Assembly: GCF_006345805.1 (NCBI RefSeq)
Contig: NC_043005.1
Location: 105,090,001-105,154,000, forward strand
DNA from: Octopus sinensis
Lineage: Eukaryota
DNA: 64,000 nucleotides
Direction of reading: 5' to 3'
The notes under the pieces are model-generated. The model searched no databases, was not told where the DNA came from, and worked only from the letters and a program-made list of their open reading frames with translations. The position numbers and the translations under genes are program-made. Each line of letters starts with the position of its first letter. Position 1 is the first letter of the stretch. This document shows positions 12,260-27,700 of the stretch, piece by piece.

Positions 12260-12642
12260 TTATCTTTTATCTGTTATTTGTTTCGGTCATTAGACTGCGA
12301 CCATGCTGCAGCACAACCTTGGAAAAGTTTTAGTCGAATGAATCGATTCCGGTACTTAACTTTTAAAGCCTGGTACTTTAAAAAGTACCACACCGAACCG
12401 CTGAATTACGAGGACGTAAACAAACCAGAACCTGTTGCCAAGCGGTAGTGGGGACAAACACATACACACACATACACACAATGAGCTTCCTTCAGGTTCC
12501 GTCTACCAAATCCACTCACAAAGCTTTGGTCGGCCCGAGGCTACACTAGAAGACACTTGCCCAAGGTGCCACGCAGTAGGTCTGAACTAGGAACCGTGTG
12601 GTTGGGAAGCAAGCTTCTTACCAAGTAGCCACGCCTACACCT
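12260..12642 (-). mobile_element. SINE family A (tRNA head, internal microsatellite, RTE-like tail)
   Basis: Reverse complement of the family pattern ..CCTTGGGCAAGTGTCTTC..GACGGAAACTGAAAGAAGC..CAGCATGGCCGCAGTC..TGACTGAAACAAG. Confidence 0.85.
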
Positions 12643-15002
12643 TAAACAATTGTCGTAGGTTCGAACGTAAGACATTTTAAGCTAAGTAGTCCGGTACTAT
12701 AGAAACTCAGCTGACTGAGTTTCTATAATACATACATATAAAGCATCCATATGTATGTAAGGTTTCTATGTCTTTCGCTAGCAAGGATGACTTAGTGGTT
12801 ACTGCCAAACTCTCGTTGTTTTAGGTGCCTTTGTAATCGCGAGCAGAGGCTATATCCTTTTGCCATTCACTGAACCAGCAGAATAACGACATTGTAACGG
12901 TTGAAAGGAAAGAGGGCTGCACAAACCTCTAACTGGTACTTGAGCTGAGTGCAACAATGAAATGAAATGCCTTCCTGGAGTACGCGACATGCCACCCAGT
13001 CCAGGAATCGAACACGCTTGGTCCCCGCTCTTGATCTCAATTTTCTGGTCTATGATTATCAGTCTCTTATCTCAGGTATCTCTGATTATCCTGGTTTCTT
13101 GGTAGGCTGTTATGTGAAAGCAAATGAACTGTCTCACACTCACTCTAAGCTTTTAATGTAAGAATTATAAAGACAGGGGCATAACTTTAAAATCTATGGC
13201 GCGTATGGTGTTCCTGAATGTTTTCCACAGAAAAGACTCGGACGTTCATTGACTTCCTTCTCCTTTTCATTCCTACAAATATGTAGCCGTGTATCTATGT
13301 TAGAAATTAAAAGTATATTTATTTACGCCGACGTTGGCCCCTTGTTTTGAAAGGAAGAAATCATAGATTCTTTGAATTCAAAAGCTTTATTGAAGGAACA
13401 CAGTTTTTTTATATTATAGCTTTACTTATGCCTAATGAGTCCTCATTACACTCAAGAATTTCCTTTTTACCCCACTTGGAGTAATTTACCCCGGTTCACC
13501 GAGCCTTGAATGGCAAACAAAATAACTCAGTTCTTAAATGTGCAAAATTTTGTCGTGACCAGCTTCCGCTTTTCCCTTTTTTCTAAACGAAGGGCTAGAG
13601 TCCGGAATACCAAGCTCCCCTCCGTTTCTTTCTTGTAACGTAAAATTCATTACCTTGTATACTTGTTCATTTTAAGTTCCTCAAATTTGTCGGATATTTG
13701 ATAAAGTAATTGGCAGATACAAATATGTACCAGGGTCAATATGATAGCTTATAACATCTGAACACAATGCCCCAGCTTGGCCGTAGTCCAGTGATTGAAA
13801 CTAGTAATAGAATAAAAGAATGAAATTGATTAAGTACAGGATGCACTCTTTCTTCTTCAAATATTTGTTCTTGTACCTTGTCACAAAGAATTTGTGTTAA
13901 ATTACTGGTCTGTGGGCCCAGTTTCGATTTACCAACATCATTAATATATAGTTAAGAGAAACAGGAAGCTTACATCTTTTCATTTCCCTTCTTTTCTAAT
14001 ATCTCTGACATATTTGTTTAACCAACAAGAAAAATGGTTGTCATTGTTAATGAATGTACCAGAGAATATGATGTGACTATCTATCAGCTGGCGGCAACGA
14101 CGCAGTTTCAATTTCTGACCAAAGCTAGGTCATTTCAGTTACACAACGAATACCATCTTTTCGCACTTACTATCTTCTCCTTCAAGCATGAGGTATATGT
14201 GCCCAGGGCATGAAAACAATTCAAATAAAACGTTTTCCATTTTTGATAGCGCAACCTCGAAAACAAACATGGAGTGTCTTTAGACCAGAACGAGGGTAAA
14301 ATAGCGAACGCTGTCCTGTTTTCCATTTGTTTCTCTCGTTGTTTGCGTATTGAACTCATTTGTTTTCGTATTTTATGTTGTTTACTGTTGGTGACATCTT
14401 GTGCCCATATATGTATGTGTGTGGAGGGGTATGCATATATATATATGTATATATATACATATATAATCAATTTATATGGATTTATATGGATAACACCATA
14501 CAAAATTCTGGTGCATCTAACCTAAGTGCCATATTCATATAAATCTAAATTTTGCTGAACTTATATATATATATATATATATATAATAAATTCAGGGTGA
14601 ATACTTGATAAATGTAAGCACCTGTATATGCCAGCTAGTAGCAGAGGTGAGAGGATATATGTATCAAATGAAATTAAAAAAAAAAAACAGAACACAAAGG
14701 ATGTCGCGGTACACGTGTTTCAAGCTTTATAAAACAACTTATTCTTACATCAATGTATAATCGACATAACAGATGGTTTAAAGCTCTCTTCAGCCGCATG
14801 CAATTGCTATACCAAAGATCTGTATCACATTATGAAAAGTCCGAAAAGGAACATTTGGTATTATCTATAATGGTAGGTATATTGAGTTTCACTGAGAAAG
14901 TATGTTTGTGAATCTTCATAATCAAATAGGTGTGCAGGGTATTATTAGAGTATCTATATTGACTGATGATACAGTATGGACGGATTTTCGAAGTCCAATA
15001 AT

Positions 15003-16178
15003 GCCGCATCCCAATTCTCGCGGGATGCCCCTCAGAGTCGCCAGCTTCCGCAGTAGTGGCTCGAGAGTCAATACGTATAGAAGCGATGAGAGGGGGCATC
15101 CCTGACGGACCGAACGTGCAATGTCGAAAGGTCTCGATAGATGTCCATTTACGCGAACTACTGAACGGATGCCTCTGTACAAGGCAGCTATCCAGCCGCG
15201 GAAGACGGGACCGAAACCAGCCGCCCTCAGGACTGCCTCCAAGTATCGATGGTCTACCCCATCGAAGGCTTTCGATTGATCCTAATTGATCAGGGCCCCA
15301 CCCATGCCAGGTTCCTTAACTACTCTGTCTATGATGTAGCGCATCAGATGGAGGTTGTCATGGATGCTCCGGCCCGGCACGGCGCACGTTTGTGCCTTAT
15401 CGACCAGTTTCTCGATGACAGGCGCCAACCTCTTGGCTAACACCTTGGTCAAAATTTTCAGGTCTGCATTGAGCAGGGTGATTGGTCTAAAGTTATCTAT
15501 AATGTCCCCCTTGTTTGGATCTTTCTTCAGCAGCGTTACGGCTCCTCGACTCACAAAACCGGGTATGCTCCCGTTTTGCAGCCAGTTGCAGTATACCGCT
15601 GCCAAGACGTCTCCAAAAAGTCTGGCATACAATTGTAAAACTCGTAGGGCAGACCATCCAAACCCGGCGATTTGTCCCTCGAGCGTTCTGCCATTGCGTC
15701 CCGCACATCCGCCGCCGTGATGGCACCCTCGCAGCACTCTGCCTCTCTTGCCGAGAGTCGTGGTAGGCTGTGCAGGTAGGCACTGAAGTCCACCCTGCGT
15801 TCACGCTCGCCACTCGTCCCGTACAGTCGGGCAAAGTGCCGCTGAAATGCCTCGCACATCTTGCTGGGCTCGAGCAATTCGCGCCCTTGTTCATCTACCA
15901 GAGACCGAATGGTGGCTTTGTTGCCCTGCTGCGCCTCCGCCACCCGGGCCTCCCTCGCGGCTCCAATACCTTCCATCCTTAGAGCACGCATCCTAGCCCT
16001 GAGAGCACACCCTTCGTGTTTGGCGTTGAAGTGTTGGTCAAGGGCCAACCTGGCCGCTAAAACGTCGGATGTGATGCCGCTTCTTATTGCCTCTTCTAAC
16101 TTCTTAACTAACTCACCCTCTACTCTATTTCTATCTACGGCTAGTGCCTTGCTATATCTAATTGCTTCCGCTTTTACT
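15003..16178 (-). pseudogene. L1/Tx1-clade LINE ORF2 fragment (linker plus RT domains up to RQGCPLS), disabled
   Basis: KSPGLDGLPYEFY, FRPITLLNADLKIL, DQSKAFDGVDH and SVRQGCPLS motifs. Frameshift in the A5 run at 15615-15619, in-frame TAG at 15282-15284. Ends before the YADD motif. Confidence 0.92.
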
Positions 16179-16235
16179 ATGATAGATAGATAGATAGATA
16201 GATATTCACATACATATATACATTCATACGTACCT

Positions 16236-16307
<72 letters not shown>

Positions 16308-17158
16308 TACACATACATATATACATTCATACGTACCTGGGTACACAAGTTGGTTGACATTTCAGAGGGCTGGAGCCCAAATACGAAAGAAAACATCTGG
16401 ATGTCTAACAACATATAAGAAAACAAGTGCAGTTTGTGAAATATTTTGTTTTTCATTTTAAATATCCACCACCACCATACCCCGCCCCACCACATTCCCC
16501 CTCTCCCTATCACCACAACAATGCCACCTCCTTCACCATTCTTACCCTATGTCAGAAGCAATGAGGTCAGATCAAACTGCTGGGATTTTATTTGGCAAGA
16601 TTTCAAAATTCGGTCAGTGCTAAGTCACTGAGCGGTCAGTAGCTCACAAAAGCTTTATTCTGCACACACGTACATTATCATGCACGCGTACAGACACATA
16701 CAAATAAGCATATTCACATATATATATATGCACACACAAACACACACTGAGCTACATTGACATACGTATATAAACGTAATTACATCTATAAATACATGTA
16801 TCTATTTTATTTATACGCAAACCTAAAAACGTGTATACATACAAATACGCACACATATATAGGCGTATGTATTGTGTTTATGTATGTGAATGTAAAAGGA
16901 AGGGGGAGAGGTGGGAGAGCACCCTGTGAGAAGGGAATAAAATTTAATATTTGTGTGCTCTGTGTCTTTTGTTTCCGTCAGTATAAGTTTGTGCGCATGC
17001 GTATGTGTATTTCTACTCGAATATATCTGTTGGTAGGGGCAGAGATTTGTGTCTTTCGTAGATTTTTAGTAGTGCAAACACAATTTTTGTTGTCCATTTA
17101 TGTTTAGATATTTCCCCCTTTTTCTTTTCATTATCTCTCTCCCTTTCTTTATACATAA

Positions 17159-17210
<52 letters not shown>

Positions 17211-18324
17211 TATATATATACATACACACATATCTATATACGTATATATAGGGAACGAGTGGAGTAGAAAGTCAGCATTCAATTAAGATGTGAATGCGTT
17301 TGTGCGTGTGTTACTATTGAGAGTAGCCTAGTTTCTGTTAAAATAAGACCCCTATTTTCTTTTTTAAAAATTCTGTGGACCCTGCGATATATATCCCTCA
17401 TCACCAACTCCTCAGAATACTAACCTTATTTACTGCCCGTTTACGAAAACAATTCAGTATAGCATTATGTTGATTAAGAATAAATATATATTCATTATTT
17501 TAGATAAGCTAAAAATGAGAAAGGTAGCAAGCGGAAGAAATACCCCCAATCCGGAAAATGAAGCCTAGCTATATGATCCAGTTGATCAGGACTTCTATTT
17601 TGTGCTTCTTTTTCACGGTAGGAAGATACTTTAGTGCTTGTCATTCATACCGTTAACAGAAATTGTATTCAGCCGGGGAGATGGCATGGTATGGCGGTAT
17701 TCATCTGTGACTTGTTTGCTCCATAACACTCGCCACAACTGAGTATTCTAGAGCAAATCTTCGAGATAAATAGGCGTGATTATTTGTGCGCATAGGTGTG
17801 TGCTTGTATATTTGCGTATTTGTGCATGTTATGTAAATGTGTATGCATATGTGTGTATGTGTTTTCTAAGGATTAGCTTCCATTTTTACTGAGTAAATTT
17901 GACTCGATGAGGCCCATCTTTTCCCAAACGACCATCACGTCAGGAATTACAGCAAGATGTGGGAAAAGACAACAGTTTATTGACTACTGGAGTTAACAGA
18001 GTAATGAACTCCACCACACCATTGTACTACTTATAACTCTACAGAGTGTAACATTTCTATTATCTTCCGCATAACTGTAATGGAATACGAATAAAACCCG
18101 CTGGGAGAAAACCTCTTAATTTAAAATGCAAAGAGGAATAAAGCCCATTGTTTAAAGGTTTTCCGACAAATCATTTTTCAAAGTTTTCTTTCTCAAAATA
18201 TTTTTTGAGTAAACTGCATTTATACCGAACTAAAATCAGATAATTAAAAATCGATCATTTAATTTTTTAATTACTTGATTGTTTCAAAAGTTTTAATTAT
18301 TCCGTTTCTATCAATGCATTTTAT

Positions 18325-18705
18325 TTTTTATCTTTATCTTTTACTTGTTTCAGCCATTAGACTGCAGCCATGCTGGGGCACCGCCGTGTAGAATTTTTTA
18401 GCCTAATGTATCGACCCCAGTACTTACTTTTTAAAGCTTGGTGCTTATTCTGTCGGCCACCTTTGCCGAACCACTAACTTACGGGCATGTAAACACACCA
18501 GCGCCTGTTGTCAAGCGATGGCAGGAGGACAAAGTAAGACATACATATATACGACGGGCTTCTCTCAGTTTCCGCCAAATCCACTCACAAGGTTTTGATC
18601 GGCCCGGAGCTATAGTAGAAGACACTTGCTCAAGGTACCACTCAGAGGGACTGAACCCGGAACCATATGGTTGGGAAGTAAGCTTCTTGCCACACAGCCA
18701 TACCT
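18325..18705 (-). mobile_element. SINE family A, diverged
   Basis: Same head, body and tail blocks as the other family A copies. Confidence 0.85.
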
Positions 18706-21502
18706 GATTTTATTTATTTATTTTATCTTTGAGGGTGGGGTGAGTTGGGTCTATTCTACTTTGCATTTTAAACGTTTTCCCCAAGGGTGTGCATCTTGGC
18801 CTATACTCATGGCACCGTATTGGTAATGGCCACCAAAAAATATAGTTAATGAGCATGTACACTTTAAAAGCATTTTCTTCCTTTCTCTGTTTCAATGTTT
18901 TTGTTTTTTTTTTCGTTTTTTTTCAACACTAAAACTCCTGAACCAGTCAACTAAACCAGGTTAGCAAAACTCTGATGACAAAATCGATTAATTCCCTCAG
19001 CAACTTAGCAGAAAAGCCATTTAGTGACTGACTGTTGGACGTTGAGATTTGCTGCACATCGCAATGTTACTTAGTTCCCAACTTAGGAAACTGGGATTGA
19101 TATCTCACAAATTACGAGATTGGTTAAGGTTAGACGTTGTAGATTGTGAATGTAGTGTTATGAACTACCAAGATCATACCTCTGTCTCTGATCATTTATA
19201 AAAACTACCGAGAAAGTAGATTCGATAACAGGGCACTAATATAGTGGTTCATATACTGTCACTATAACCTTACCAGACAAAAAGAAACTACGGAAACTTG
19301 GAAGAAACCCCACTTAACATTAATCAAGTAGCATTTATGTTTTTAACATCAACAATCAGTTTACGATTATCCTTACCACTTCAAGTCAATTTGTATCATT
19401 AGGACATCCATAATGTAGCTTCACGCTCCCGCTTTACAATTCCCTGTCAATAGACACTTAAGTAACACTCCAATGATTCCTTTTCTTCCTAAGCGTACCA
19501 GCCACTTATTGGTTATTACACCCGTGGCTAATCGTAGCATGACTATATAATGATGTGCTCCTGAGAGAGTTAGTTGTATCGCTGATCTCTTTCAGAAATG
19601 ACACGATGACCTTCCTAATCCACCATGTCAATAACTATGATTTAATCAGTGTACGCGACTAATAAACCATGAGGATAGTCTTTGCTATTGTTTTCAATTA
19701 CTCCAATATATGGATCACCTAATCGTCTACAATTGATTTAAATGGTCTGGAAATCTTAGCTGAATCCTTACACACTTCTTTAAGAGATGCTTTTGTACGT
19801 ACTCTCCATTCTCTGCTCGTTTCAAGTTCGCATTAAAACTGCAGAGTTAGATACGACCGGTAATAATCTTAACTGGACCAGAAAAAACCAGGTTGCTCGA
19901 CCTATTGGAAATTATGAAGCTCTCTAACACAGACAAATATTCTTGATATATGTCTTGGGCCACTAAATGGCTTCCTAGATCCAGTAAAATCGTCCTCATC
20001 CGGAAGGGAAAATGCTCTAAGTATAACACGTATCTGAACTTACCGATATTTTTCAGCAATTGTCAGGGATACATTCATTGTTATAGAGAGTTTGGTCACA
20101 AACACTGTAGTCGTTACGAGCATTTCCTGATCTCTGTCTGGTTAGATCTTACGTTCAGAAGGTTAGTATATACAGTCACACTGTGTCATTTGTTAGTTAG
20201 TTCTTTCTATACTTTTTTTTCTCTCTAGTTTCAGCTCAGAGCTGCGGCCATGCTGATGCACCACCGTTTCTTTAAAATTAGGAAAGCCCTGGAAAGCCTA
20301 ATGACCTTGTTTCTACTGGACAGACTGAATAAATCCATTTTATAGACGGATGTTTCTCTCGACACGTTCCCCCACAGAACAGAAAATGCTGACAAAGATT
20401 CACTGTTGTTTCCGACAATTTTACCCACATTTTACACATAACACTCTGTCCTCATAATTCTAGCGATGATAATTGTTTGACATTTAGGCACAAGGCAAGC
20501 AATTTGAAGCGAGAGCAATGGTCGCTTACATCGACACCAAGCTAGATTGATAAGATGGTTTATTGAGTCAGGAAGCAAAGGTGATCACGGCAGAATTAGA
20601 ACTTAGAAAGTAATAATACCATTCGACATTGTTGACTACCATTCAACTGATTATGCTAATCCACCAACCTTGTTGCAATATAACAATAATAACAATAATA
20701 ATAATATAACAATATTATATAACAATATGATATATATAACAATAATACAACAATATAGCAATAATAATAATTACTTACCTTATTTCTGAATTTAAAAAAT
20801 TAAGCGGGTAAAATATGCATGTGTGTTAGAGATAAAATAAAATAGTTTAGAAATTGTTTTTAATGTTTTTGGAAAGCCAACACTGGGATAAGTCAATGGT
20901 TTGCATTTTTATCATAATTTCCGATATTTGAGACTAAACAACCTCTTCATGAAAAAGGAATCGGAAATCTGGTGTTACAAGCTAGCTTTTCTGCTCTGTA
21001 GTGTATGTACACGTATACAGATATGGAATGGAAAGCTTTGTCTCCAAAGAATATCATTGCTATAAGTGTTATTTGGCTGCATGCGGCTGGATTCTGTTGG
21101 TAAAACGGGGTTTGGTCTTGCTATGATGACGGCCCCTTTTATTCTCTGGTTCCTATTGGCTCGTTCCGTGGTGTCAATAGAGACCTGGATATCACGAATG
21201 AGGAATTTCCGTAAGGGTAGGTAATTCGATAGAATAATCATCAGCCTTAAACAAATTTGGAGTTATCTGATAGTATTCTAGTATAGGATTCATTGTAATT
21301 ACTACATATGAATTGAATTAATACTCTACATAGTAGCACAGCTCCCTCCTCATATTCAAAAACCTACACAGGCTTACAGAGCAGAAAAGCTTGCTCGCAA
21401 CACCGAATCTCCGATTGCTTTCTTCCTGAAGAATGGGTCTTAACACAGAAATATCAAAGTATAAATGAAATCGCAAACCGTTGATTTATCTTAGTTCTAA
21501 CG

Positions 21503-21780
21503 AGGCGCAGGCGTAGATGCGTGGTTAGAAGCTTCCTTCCCAACCCCAAGGCTCCGAGTTCAGTCCCACTCCGTGGTACCTCGAGCAAGTGTTTTCTACT
21601 ATAGCCTGGAGCCGACCAAAGAATTGTGAGTGGATTTGGTGGGCGGAAACTGAAAGAAGCCTGTCGTATATATTCATAAAAAACACATATATGTGAGTCT
21701 CTGTGTGTATGTGAGTTTTTATCCCCCACCAGTGCGTGGCAACCGGTGTTGCTGCGTTTACGTCATCTAAATTAGTACCA
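21503..21780 (+). mobile_element. SINE family A, 3'-truncated
   Basis: GGCGCAGGCGTAG..GAGTTCAGTCCC..CCTCGAGCAAGTG..GGAAACTGAAAGAAGCC. Confidence 0.8.
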
Positions 21781-22167
21781 GTCTTTAAAAAAATAAGTAG
21801 TGGGTACGATTCGTTTCTCTAAAATGCTTCAAGGCAGTGGTCCAATATGGCCGTAGTCTAATGACTGAAACAAGTAAAAGATAACTCGCACTGTTTTGGA
21901 TTTTCAAAATCATAACATTTACAACATATGTGTGCGTGTGTGTGTGTGTTTGTGTGTGTGTGAGTGCGTGTGTGTATGAATGCATGCATGTATATATGTA
22001 TGTATCTATGTATGTGTACGTGAGAATTCCCAGATACATGCACACCCATGTATGTATGTGTGAATGTTGTGTACAGAGCCTATAATGACTTCTATACCAT
22101 ATTCTCTTGTTAGTTGGCAGCAATTTATATATATTATATATATATATATATACATATATATATACAT

Positions 22168-22210
<43 letters not shown>

Positions 22211-22217
22211 ACCACAC

Positions 22218-22287
<70 letters not shown>

Positions 22288-22622
22288 AAATTCAAAATGC
22301 GATAAAAATAAAATTAATTATTTCCGCTGGTGTTTCTAGCACAGGCCATATATTATTCATATATAAGTAGATTAAAGCCGAAGTATGTACTAGAAACACA
22401 GAAGCTTGATAAATTTAGTGAAATGAAGATAAAAACTTTTACTAACTCTGTTCATCTTAGACTGCAGTTTCGCCTTGTTCATCAAAAAAATATAAATTTA
22501 ATATTTATTTACTCAGGTAGGCTCTTCGGTAAGAATCCTGTTATTATGAAGGGCAACACGATAGACATATATATATATATATATTTATATATATTTGTAT
22601 TTATATATATTATATTTATATT

Positions 22623-22654
<32 letters not shown>

Positions 22655-22704
22655 CATACACACACACACACACATACACACACACATAACACCACACACA
22701 CACA

Positions 22705-22748
<44 letters not shown>

Positions 22749-22929
22749 TTGCATAAAATTAAATATAAGAGGAAATTGGCGGTGGAGGAAGGAGAGAAAT
22801 TGTTGCAATTAACAGATAGGAATGAGAGGGAGAGAGGGAAGTGCAGGAGGCAGTGAAACTAGTAGTGTATACATTGAATAAAAAAGACGCAGATATGAAA
22901 AATAGTTATGAAATTTTCCCCAATTATTT

Positions 22930-23168
<239 letters not shown>

Positions 23169-23604
23169 ATATTGTTTTTGTATATATTTATTCTTTTAAT
23201 TATTCATTTTACTTTCTTCTTTATCTGAAATAAAAATGTCTACCCTGAAGTACATCATGATGGAACGTTCTCGACCTATAGTTTTATTGTTGCTATTGTT
23301 GTTCCTATATATTAAATATTACCGGTTTTGTTGTTGTCGTTGTTGTTGTTGTATCCTTTTCTTATGATTTTCTTTCTTTAATATATATCCTGTGTCTGTT
23401 AGGGCACGCGGCAGGATTTTAATGACACCATCACGAAATCGGATAATGAAAGGTTTAAAACAGACAACATATCTACTTCTCACACCCTTATACATACGTA
23501 TGTATACACACACACACTCACACATATACACATATGCATATATACATATAATGCATACCTATATATATATATATATATATATATATGCATATATGCATAT
23601 ATGC

Positions 23605-23659
<55 letters not shown>

Positions 23660-24075
23660 TATTATGTATATATGTATATATGTCTATATGTATACGTCAT
23701 ACATACATTTATACAGACTTATACGTATAGTAGTTGTAAATATTCACACATGCTTGTATACATATCCACACGGAAATACACACACCCAAAAATATGTGTA
23801 CGTAGGTAAGATAGTATTTTTTTTATTACAGTTTAATTATATAATTCTGGAAATGATTAATGCAAGTTTATTACTAACTATACCTTTTCTTTTTGATATT
23901 TTTTTACATACTTATTGCATACGTATATAGCTAGATATATACAAACATTCATATGCCTACATATATAATTAAATACATACGTTCATAATAGATATATACA
24001 TATATGCAATAATGCATGCAGAAATATATCGCATCACATTCAAAAGGCGCGCGTGTATGTATGTATGTGTGTGTG

Positions 24076-24164
<89 letters not shown>

Positions 24165-24165
<1 letters not shown>

Positions 24166-24580
24166 GCGCAGGAGTGGCTGTGTGGTAAGTAGCTTGCTTA
24201 CCAACCACATGGTTACGGGTTCAGTCCCATTGCGTGGCATCTTGGGCAAGTGTCTTCTGCTATAGCCCCGGGCCGACCAATGCCTTGTGAGTGGATTTGG
24301 TAGACGGAAACTGAAAGAAGCCCGTCGTATATATGTATATTAATATATATATATATGTATGTGTGTGTGTGTTTGTGTGTCTGTGTTTGTCCCCCTAACA
24401 TTGCTTGACAACCGATGCTGGTGTATTTATGTCCCCGTCAATTAGCGGTTCGGCAAAAGAGACCGATAGAATAAGTACTGGGCTTACAAAGAATAAGTCC
24501 CGGGGTCGAGTTGCTCAACTAAAGGCGGTGCTCCAGCATGGCCACAGTCAACTGACTGAAACAAGTAAAAGAGAAAAGAG
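24165..24580 (+). mobile_element. SINE family A, full length
   Basis: A box TGGCTGTGTGG, B box GGTTCAGTCCC, internal (TA)/(TG) tract and ACAAGTAAAAGAG tail. Confidence 0.92.
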
Positions 24581-24606
24581 TATATATATATATATATATA
24601 TATATA

Positions 24607-24889
24607 ATCCGTAATAATGAAGGGTGAAATTAATTAATTTGGAAAAATTATCAATTACCCCAAGTAGTCTCGGCATGTAAAGACCTCATTCGAGGAAAAT
24701 TTAAGTAATACTAAGCAATAAGGGTTTAGCAACGAGTTGCCTTACCACATACCGAATTTAGAAATAGCAGTCAAAGGGTTATAGCTATTTCTTCTACCTT
24801 TTTAGTAGAAGAATAGCTATAACCCTTTGACTGCTATTTCTAAATTCGGTATGTGGTAAGGCAACTCGTTGCTAAACCCTTATTGCTTA

Positions 24890-24893
<4 letters not shown>
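24607..24893 (-). mobile_element. Fold-back PLE-type insertion (subfamily shared with 60783-61204)
   Basis: Arms 24708-24797 and 24805-24893 (one indel), 7-nt loop, unpaired tail 24607-24707, (TA)n on both sides. Confidence 0.7.
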
Positions 24894-24929
<36 letters not shown>

Positions 24930-25355
24930 TATATATATTATATATATATATAATATATATATATATAAACTTAGGTCTCGACATGCTATGTAAGACAACA
25001 ACTATATAATCACAAACCCTGATACGCGGAGTGCAAATCGACCCCAGTACGTATTTCTAAGTTTGGCACTTATTCACATTGATGTGAGACGAAGTGTTTT
25101 GCTCAAGAACACAACGCACTACCCACCGGTTTAGGAATTGAAATCACGACCGCTTACCACCAAACCATGCACCCTCCTTGTATGTATATATATTTTGTGT
25201 TTATGTTTTCGTTTCTCATTGTGTTCGACGTTTTTTTAGTGTCCTGTACCCATATATGCGTGTATATATACATGTAGAGGTAGGTACGTACATATATGTA
25301 TGTATATATGCATATGTTTTATTTATTAATGTATATATATATATATATATATATG

Positions 25356-25437
<82 letters not shown>

Positions 25438-25667
25438 ATATGTATATATGTATATATATATGTATATATGTATGCATATGTATTATATATGTGTATACAT
25501 ATGTACATGTATTACATATATATATAATTCCAATTAATAGTATCTAAACGATATCACCATGTTAGAGATAGCAGGCAAAACTTGATTATAAAACCACATC
25601 ATGTATTCATACAGCACCAGGAGAAAAAACAAATACCAAAAAAAAAGCTACTAAAAATTATTGTATA

Positions 25668-25725
25668 ATCCCAGATCCGGATTTCTGGCTTCGCATAAAA
25701 CTATACTCTGTCTCATCAGTGAGAT
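25668..25725 (-). ncRNA. Type I hammerhead ribozyme motif
   Basis: Minus strand: stem I ATCTCA/TGGGAT; CTGATGA (25719-25713); 27-nt stem II region with GTATA-GTTT-TATGC hairpin; GAAA (25685-25682); palindromic ATCCGGAT stem III; AUC triplet, cut between 25674 and 25673. Confidence 0.75.
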
Positions 25726-26149
25726 ATCCACAAATAGTACATAATTACAAATTTATATATATATACAACATACGAATACTTACATATACGCACGTATACA
25801 CACATATATATGTACGTATGTACACGACCAGTTTAATTGCCCGTCTAAACTGCTCGTGTTATATGGTCAAAATACCATTCCCGCAGTGAATATAACGACG
25901 AAGTAAATATATAAATTTATATAAATAAGAATAACATCGTTATTTAAAATACCGATCATATCAAGTAGCCAGCATAGGAATAAAAACCTTATAGGTAATA
26001 TTTATAATTAAGGGTATCTAAAAGATACCAGGTTCATACGTACATACACACACACGCACACATATAATATATATATATTTATATTTATATATATATATAA
26101 ATCGTTAATCGGTATTAATATAAAGTTAAAAATCAATTAGTAGCACTAA

Positions 26150-26179
26150 TAATAATAGCAATAATAATAATGATAATAA

Positions 26180-26274
<95 letters not shown>

Positions 26275-26676
26275 TAATAATAATAGTAAAATGATGAAAA
26301 TACTATAAGTCTATTTAGATGTATAACACAAAATAATAAACGATAGCTATGAAAGTGTATACATTTTGTGGAAGGCGTTTTTGTGCACCAAGAAATATAA
26401 GTATAGCATATATCATCTGTAAGATTTGATTAACATTAGGTAGATTTGCGAGGAACCCTAAATAATAAAATAATTAAAATTGGGATAGTTATGAGTGGTA
26501 GTTTTTTTTTTAGTAAATTATACATATGGAATAGGTTACGAATAAGAAGGATGGAAAGAGGGGAAAGAAATATGAAAAAAATATATAAGGTCAAAATTGA
26601 CAGCGAAAAGGTATTGAAAGTGTTTTCATATATCAATAGTAAAAAGTAAATAAGCATCATACAAATTGGCAATTAC

Positions 26677-26726
<50 letters not shown>

Positions 26727-26826
26727 TAATGATAATAATAATAATAATAACGATAATAATAATTACGATAATAATAATAATAATAATGATGATAACGATA
26801 AAAATAATAATAATAATAATAATAAT

Positions 26827-26900
<74 letters not shown>
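26150..26900. repeat. Two (AAT)n tracts (26150-26290 and 26680-26900) inside the PLE 3' region
   Basis: Directly visible tandem AAT runs. Confidence 0.95.
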
Positions 26901-26901
<1 letters not shown>

Positions 26902-27273
26902 TGGAATAGGTAAGTGAGGGGTGTATCTAAGTACATATTGTAAAAGGAATAAATTACAGACAAATTAGTGTATATATATGTGTTTATTTAGGGAAGGTCC
27001 AAAAATTGTCTAAAAGTGTGTTGAGAAAAAGAGGAAGGTATATGAAGATTTTGTAGAGATTGTTATATTGATAAAAGGAGGGTCATACAATATAGAGGGG
27101 GTTGGTTGAATGATAATGAATATCCATCAAGTTTAAGATAATTAATGTAGACAGTATTATAGAATAGAAATCTGGTACCATAGGTAGATATAATGTAGAC
27201 AGGTATTATACAAAAAAAAAATTAATTATAAGAAGAAGGAATAAGACAAAAAGAGTTAAGGTAGAGTGGAAGA

Positions 27274-27700
27274 TTATTTAAGATTAATGAAAAGGAATTT
27301 TGACATGTGTCTGCAAGAAAAAACTTTTTCTTCTCTCGAATTAAAAAGAAGGCCGTTCATTTTCATTATTTTATAACTTTCTTCGAGGCATAACTTGCAG
27401 ATCTTGTTATTATGATGGGACTGAAGAAATTATTTTCCAAGAAATCAAGTAATCAATATTGCTTCTTTTAAGTTGCCAAACCTCTTTGGATAGAACTGTG
27501 CTGTTTTCTATTCTAGGGTCATTAAAGGATGATTTATGATTAATTAATCTTAATTTAAAAGAATTTTGTGTACACCCGATGAAAGTAAATTTAGAGAAAT
27601 TATGGGTAATAATTGTTGCTTGGTGACATTCACTCCATCTGGTCTTCTGTAACAATGTAATATTTTTCTGAAGTATTTTTTGATGTATTCTTTTTTCGTA
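27274..27700 (-). pseudogene. PLE GIY-YIG endonuclease C-terminal remnant (frameshifted)
   Basis: FIGCTQNSFKLRLINHKSSF..STVLSKEVWQLK..ISWKII, then after a frameshift near 27415 CKLCLEE..LLFNSREE..CRHMSKFLFINLK*. This is the typical PLE endonuclease tail. Confidence 0.85.

Noticed and set aside
14957-15000. CTGATGA..GAAGTC hammerhead-like string
   Set aside because: No GAAA/stem III, stem I out of register and no stem II.
19800-20100. Possible decayed L1-type endonuclease on the minus strand (LESFIISNRSSNLVFSG, FNANL)
   Set aside because: The resemblance is too weak and fragmented to support without a profile search.
20975-21241. 88-aa ORF in non-repetitive sequence
   Set aside because: No recognisable domain or convincing splice sites; the length is compatible with chance.
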